Source: an uncultured Methylomirabilota bacterium
GTDB taxonomy: Bacteria > Methylomirabilota > Methylomirabilia > Methylomirabilales > 2-02-FULL-66-22
NCBI GenBank assembly: GCA_963845565.1
Contig: CAWJSJ010000002.1
Coordinates: forward strand, 1,952,001-2,016,000
Direction: 5' to 3'
Length of the DNA stretch: 64,000 nucleotides
Shown here: piece by piece, positions 60,434 to 64,000 of the stretch
Position numbering within the stretch: the first letter of the stretch is position 1
Layout: the number at the start of each line of letters is the position of its first letter
Program-made: the position numbers and the translations under genes
Notes under the pieces: generated by a model
Database searches by the model: none
What the model saw: only the letters and a program-made list of their open reading frames with translations
What the model was told of the DNA's origin: nothing

Positions 60434-61087
60434 GTGGTTGAAGCACCGGCAATCCGGCATCGGGCGCAATCCCGCGGGGAGGAACTGGCCAACAGCATCA
60501 GCCACGGCACGGGCTTCCTCGCCGCGCTGATCGCCCTGCCGGTGCTCGTGCTGGGCGCGGTCCGGCACGGCCCGGCCGCCCTCGTGGGCGCCGGGGTCTT
60601 TGCCGCGACCGTGGCCCTCCTCTATCTCACCTCGACGCTCTACCACGCGCTGGCCCCAAATCGCGCCAAGCGCGTGTTCCAGATCCTCGACCACGGCGCG
60701 ATCTACCTCCTCATCGCCGGGACCTACACGCCGTTCACCCTGGGCGTCCTCCGGGGCCCCTGGGGGTGGACGCTCTTCGGGCTCATCTGGGCCCTCGCCG
60801 TGGCCGGCATCGTCCTCAAGTCGTTCGGGGGCGTGCGCCACCCGCGGCTGTCGACCGGGCTGTACCTGGCCATGGGGTGGCTGATTCTGGTCGCGGCCCA
60901 GCCGTTGTGGCACGCGATGCCGGGGTGGGGGCTCTTCTGGCTCGCGGCCGGCGGGGTCGCGTACACGGCGGGGGTGGGGTTCTATGCGGCCGGCCGCCGG
61001 ATGCGGTACGCCCACTTCGTGTGGCACCTGTTCGTCCTCGCGGGCACGGCGTGTCACGTCATTGCGGTGCTCCGATACGCGGCCTAA
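60434..61087 (+). CDS. Hemolysin III/PAQR family membrane protein
   Basis: EELANSISHG, STLYH, LDHGAIYLLIAGTYTP, HFVWHLFV. Confidence 0.92.
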   Translation: MVEAPAIRHRAQSRGEELANSISHGTGFLAALIALPVLVLGAVRHGPAALVGAGVFAATVALLYLTSTLYHALAPNRAKRVFQILDHGAIYLLIAGTYTPFTLGVLRGPWGWTLFGLIWALAVAGIVLKSFGGVRHPRLSTGLYLAMGWLILVAAQPLWHAMPGWGLFWLAAGGVAYTAGVGFYAAGRRMRYAHFVWHLFVLAGTACHVIAVLRYAA

Positions 61088-61156
61088 CCCGCGCGTGCCG
61101 CCGGCCCCCGCGGGCGAGCGTGCCTGACGCTCCGGCGCGAGGAACTGGAGTTGGCC
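61082..61156 (+). mobile_element. attC-like remnant
   Basis: Stop codon lies in GCCTAAC; candidate right cores GTTGGCC (61150) or GTTAGCT (61202); arms poorly paired. Confidence 0.4.
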
Positions 61157-61226
61157 GGTGCGATGGCCCACGGCAGTGTGGCTACAGCAGAAGCGCAGAT
61201 GGTTAGCTGAGCACACATCTGGCACT

Positions 61227-61255
61227 TTGACGTCATGACGTCTTGGCGCTATTCT
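61227..61255 (+). promoter_or_regulatory. TA promoter with palindromic operator
   Basis: TTGACG-17-TATTCT overlapping perfect palindrome GACGTCATGACGTC (61229-61242). Confidence 0.7.
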
Positions 61256-61275
61256 TGCCCATGGAGGTGATGACC

Positions 61276-61509
61276 ATGATTGAACCAGTAAAGCGCTCCA
61301 CAATCTACTTCAGTTCCGACGTGCATCGAGCTCTTCGCATCAAGGCGGCCCATACCCAGCGTACCTTGTCCGATCTCGTCCACGATGCCGTTCGGTTGGC
61401 CCTGCGCGAGGACCAAGAGGACTTGGCTGCCTTTGTCGAACGACAAATGGAACCCGTCATGAGTTATGAGGAACTTCTAAGAGACCTGAAGGCTCATGGG
61501 AAGATTTAG
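61276..61509 (+). CDS. Ribbon-helix-helix (CopG-like) antitoxin
   Basis: KRSTIYF...HRALRIKAA...SDLVHDAVRLALREDQEDL; overlaps toxin start. Confidence 0.82.
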   Translation: MIEPVKRSTIYFSSDVHRALRIKAAHTQRTLSDLVHDAVRLALREDQEDLAAFVERQMEPVMSYEELLRDLKAHGKI

Positions 61510-61757
61510 GCTGGCCTTCAAGAAATCGGTGGCCAAGGATCTACGTGACCTTCCGAAGAAGGACGTTTCTCGGATTCTGAAATGCTTCGATGTTTACGCC
61601 GAGGACCCGCGCGGGCGGGGTTGCGAGAATCTGACCGGACAAGAGACAGTTATCGGGTCTGTGAGGGGTCGTACCGCATCATTTACGAGATCCAGGATGA
61701 CGCTCTCGTGGCAATCGTCGTCAAGGTCGGCAACCGGCGCGATGTGCACCCAGGAGC
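61496..61757 (+). pseudogene. RelE/ParE family toxin, frameshifted at ~61648, stop lost
   Basis: FKKSVAKDLR...DPRGRGCENLTG then YRV...YRIIYEI...VVKVGNRRDV in another frame. Confidence 0.82.
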
Positions 61758-61868
61758 AGTCAACAGTCGCATCCACCTGACGAGCACTCTTGTCATGCCG
61801 CTTGCAAGCGGCGCTACGATCCGCCGTACAGGCGCCGGACGGGCTCGCAGGTGATGGGGGCGTCAGCC
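61758..61868 (+). mobile_element. attC site (degenerate)
   Basis: AGTCAAC...ATCCACCTGACGAGC...GCTCGCAGGTGAT...GTCAGCC. Confidence 0.65.
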
Positions 61869-61898
61869 GGCGGAGGCCGAGGTCCCGGAGGACACGCA

Positions 61899-62095
61899 AT
61901 GGGACATCGACGATCAAAAGAGAAAGTCCAGGCAACGCAAAACTGGGCCGCATTCGTTGCTCGTAATAGACAGCAAATCCTTATGGGGCGTTCTTGCAGC
62001 TCGTAGAGAGCTACTTCGTATCCGGATACGAATTCTATGAGCCCAGTGTTTTGCGGAGTGAGGATCAGCGACGCTTGAAGCACCGATTCGGCTGA
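61899..62095 (+). pseudogene. Broken hypothetical cassette ORF
   Basis: GGAGG RBS, MGHRRSKEKVQATQNWAAF then second frame YGAFLQLVESYF...KHRFG*; lower GC; lies between two attC-like sites. Confidence 0.4.
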
Positions 62096-62122
62096 ATGAT
62101 CCTATGACCAATACGATTGTCA

Positions 62123-62182
62123 GCCCACCCCCTTCGTTCCAGCGGACGGCCTTCGGCGATTGCCGAAGCTCAATCGTTCGGC
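62123..62182 (+). mobile_element. attC site (degenerate)
   Basis: GCCCACC...TTCCAGCGGACGGCCTTCGGC...GTTCGGC. Confidence 0.55.
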
Positions 62183-62215
62183 GAATATGTGTGTGGAGCA
62201 TCAGAGGCGGGGATC

Positions 62216-62845
62216 ATGAAACGCGCAATCCAGATTCTACTTGCAGCCGCGGTCATCATCTTGGGAGCGATGGAAGCCATGGCGATCGAAGAGGCCACGT
62301 ACACCGTCGTGAAAAAGGACCACAAGTTCGAGATCCGCGATTATGCACCCCACATCCTCGCCGAAACCGTCGTGGAAGGGGACCTGGAGGGGGCGGGAAA
62401 CAAGGCATTCAACCGCCTCTTTCGCTATATCTCCGGCGAAAACCGGTCGCGCGACAAAGTGGCGATGACGGCCCCCGTCTCCCAAGAGCCAATGGGGGAG
62501 AAGATCACGATGACGGCGCCCGTCGGACAGCAGCGGGTGCAGGACAGATGGGTGGTCAGCTTCATGATGCCGGCCGCGTACACTCTGGAAACCCTTCCAG
62601 AGCCAGAGGATCCCGCGGTCAGGCTGCGCCAGGTGCCAGCGCGCCGGATCGCCGCCGTGCGCTACTCCGGTTTCTGGAGCGAGACGGGTTACCTGCGCTA
62701 CAAATCGGCACTGGAGTCTTGGATTCACGCACGGGGCCTGATCGTGGTGGGCGATCCCATATGGGCCCGCTACAACCCCCCGTTTACCCCGTGGTTCTTG
62801 CGGCGGAATGAGATTCTGATTCCGGTCGATGCAGGCCCCCACTAA
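62216..62845 (+). CDS. SOUL heme-binding protein
   Basis: IEEATYTVV, FEIRDY, AFNRLFRYISG, MTAPV, FMMP, YNPPFTPWFLRRNE. Confidence 0.92.
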   Translation: MKRAIQILLAAAVIILGAMEAMAIEEATYTVVKKDHKFEIRDYAPHILAETVVEGDLEGAGNKAFNRLFRYISGENRSRDKVAMTAPVSQEPMGEKITMTAPVGQQRVQDRWVVSFMMPAAYTLETLPEPEDPAVRLRQVPARRIAAVRYSGFWSETGYLRYKSALESWIHARGLIVVGDPIWARYNPPFTPWFLRRNEILIPVDAGPH

Positions 62846-62857
62846 GAGAACGCCAAC

Positions 62858-63268
62858 AATCGCCATTGGTTCTTCGATTCTGCCGAAGTCATCCGGAAGT
62901 TGGCTCACGCGAACGCTATCGGCCTGGCGGGGACCACACGCGTTTTGTACGAAGTCCATGAACTTGAGTGCGATGATGCCGAAAGTCAGTGCCGGACCTT
63001 CAAACCGGAGCCGTCATTCATAACCCAATTCGTCCTGCCGATTGCGAAGGTGTCAAAAGGGGACGACGTCGAAACCTTCTCGGCGGGGACCGGCGCAGAA
63101 TGCTCCCCACTGGCGTGCAATGCGTCGGCTGCCGACGTGGAAACCAATCAGCATTGCGTGTTGATTTCCTTCGAGCGGGCGAACCAATTGCTGGAGGAGG
63201 GGAAATTCAAGAACACGGAACCTGGGCCCTATCGGATATTCGCCGTGTATACGGTGGAGTGGCCCTAA
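62858..63268 (+). pseudogene. 5'-truncated hypothetical cassette ORF
   Basis: Open frame without RBS or good start, ends EPGPYRIFAVYTVEWP with stop inside CCCTAAC. Confidence 0.5.
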
Positions 63269-63373
63269 CCTCGGCGTGACGTGGAGCCGCAACGGCAGCG
63301 CTTGGCTTGCCGGTGCATCCCGCCGAATTCGGTCGCTCAGCCGGACGATGTACGAGGAATTGGAGGAAAACCA

Positions 63374-63820
63374 ATGAAGGTGCTAATCATCGGGGCCACA
63401 CGAGGCATCGGGCGCTGCCTCGCGGATCGGGCGGTTGAGACTGGTGAACAAGTTACAGTCCTCGTGCGGGACCCTTCGCGGTGGCCCGATCCGCGCCCGA
63501 ATCTGCATGTGATCCGGGGGAACATCCTGGATCCCTGCAGTGTCGAAGAAGCAGTAAAGGGGCAAGAAGCCGTTTGCATTGTCATCGGAATACCTCCAAC
63601 TCGCAAGCCGGTGAATGTCTTCTCGCAAGGTGCTCGCACTGTTCTGGATGCCATGAAAACGCATCGAGTGGACCGCCTGGTATGTGTGACGGGTATTGGC
63701 GCCGGAGACAGCCGAGGCCATGGAGGTTTTTTGTACGAACGCATCGTCCGGCCGTTGCTTCTCAAGACGATTTACGCGGACAAGGAGAGGCAGGAAGAAA
63801 TAGTCCGTGCCTCAGGAGTT
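63374..63820 (+). pseudogene. NAD(P)H-binding flavin-reductase-like protein, 3' truncated
   Basis: MKVLIIGATRGIG, VTVLVRDP, GAGDSRGHGG, YADKERQEEIVRASG then runs into the next gene; absent from the ORF track. Confidence 0.75.
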
Positions 63821-63832
63821 GCAGAGGTGGCG

Positions 63833-64000
63833 ATGAAGGTCACGGAGATCTGGCGATATCCGGTCAAGACCATGGCCGGCGAGAAGCTGCAGCGGGCAGC
63901 GCATCGGGCCGCTCGGCATCGACGGCGACCGAGTCGTGCATGTCGAGGACACCAGGGGTCGGGTGATCACGTCGCGATCCCATCCGCGTTTCCTGGGCCA
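63833..64000 (+). CDS. MOSC N-terminal domain protein (partial; +1 frameshift at ~63898)
   Basis: MKVTEIWRYPVKTMAGEKL then IGPLGIDGDRVV...ITSRSHPRFL. Confidence 0.75.
   Translation, partial: MKVTEIWRYPVKTMAGEKLQRAAHRAARHRRRPSRACRGHQGSGDHVAIPSAFPGP

Overview
High-GC bacterial chromosome segment, mostly housekeeping and metabolic genes: a two-component pair, ahbC-like radical SAM, exeA/exeB, family B and Y DNA polymerases, tatA, csp, trxB, apgM, nfi, nth, a branched-chain amino acid ABC operon, iscS, ferredoxin, tRNA-Gln and ggt. Four things stand out. (1) A minus-strand operon at 38.3-43.8 kb starts with a hidden selenoprotein (PrdB/GrdB-like, in-frame UGA in a U-x-x-C motif with a SECIS-like hairpin), followed by a CMD-like protein, the arsenosugar-type radical SAM ArsS, two TVP38/DedA proteins and a MerA-like flavoprotein. 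(2) From 55.3 kb to the window end there is a decaying integron whose intI remnant points toward an attI candidate and a cassette array with about 8 attC-like sites and two toxin-antitoxin cassettes with broken toxins. (3) Several families of short TAA/TAG/CTAG-bounded palindromic elements: three 105-bp copies, a direct pair bracketing a peptidase gene, and a 220-bp MITE. (4) Many intergenic 7-8 nt tandem-repeat tracts. About ten genes carry frameshifts, nearly all +1 insertions, which probably reflect assembly error. All calls come from motif recognition by eye; no database searches were run.
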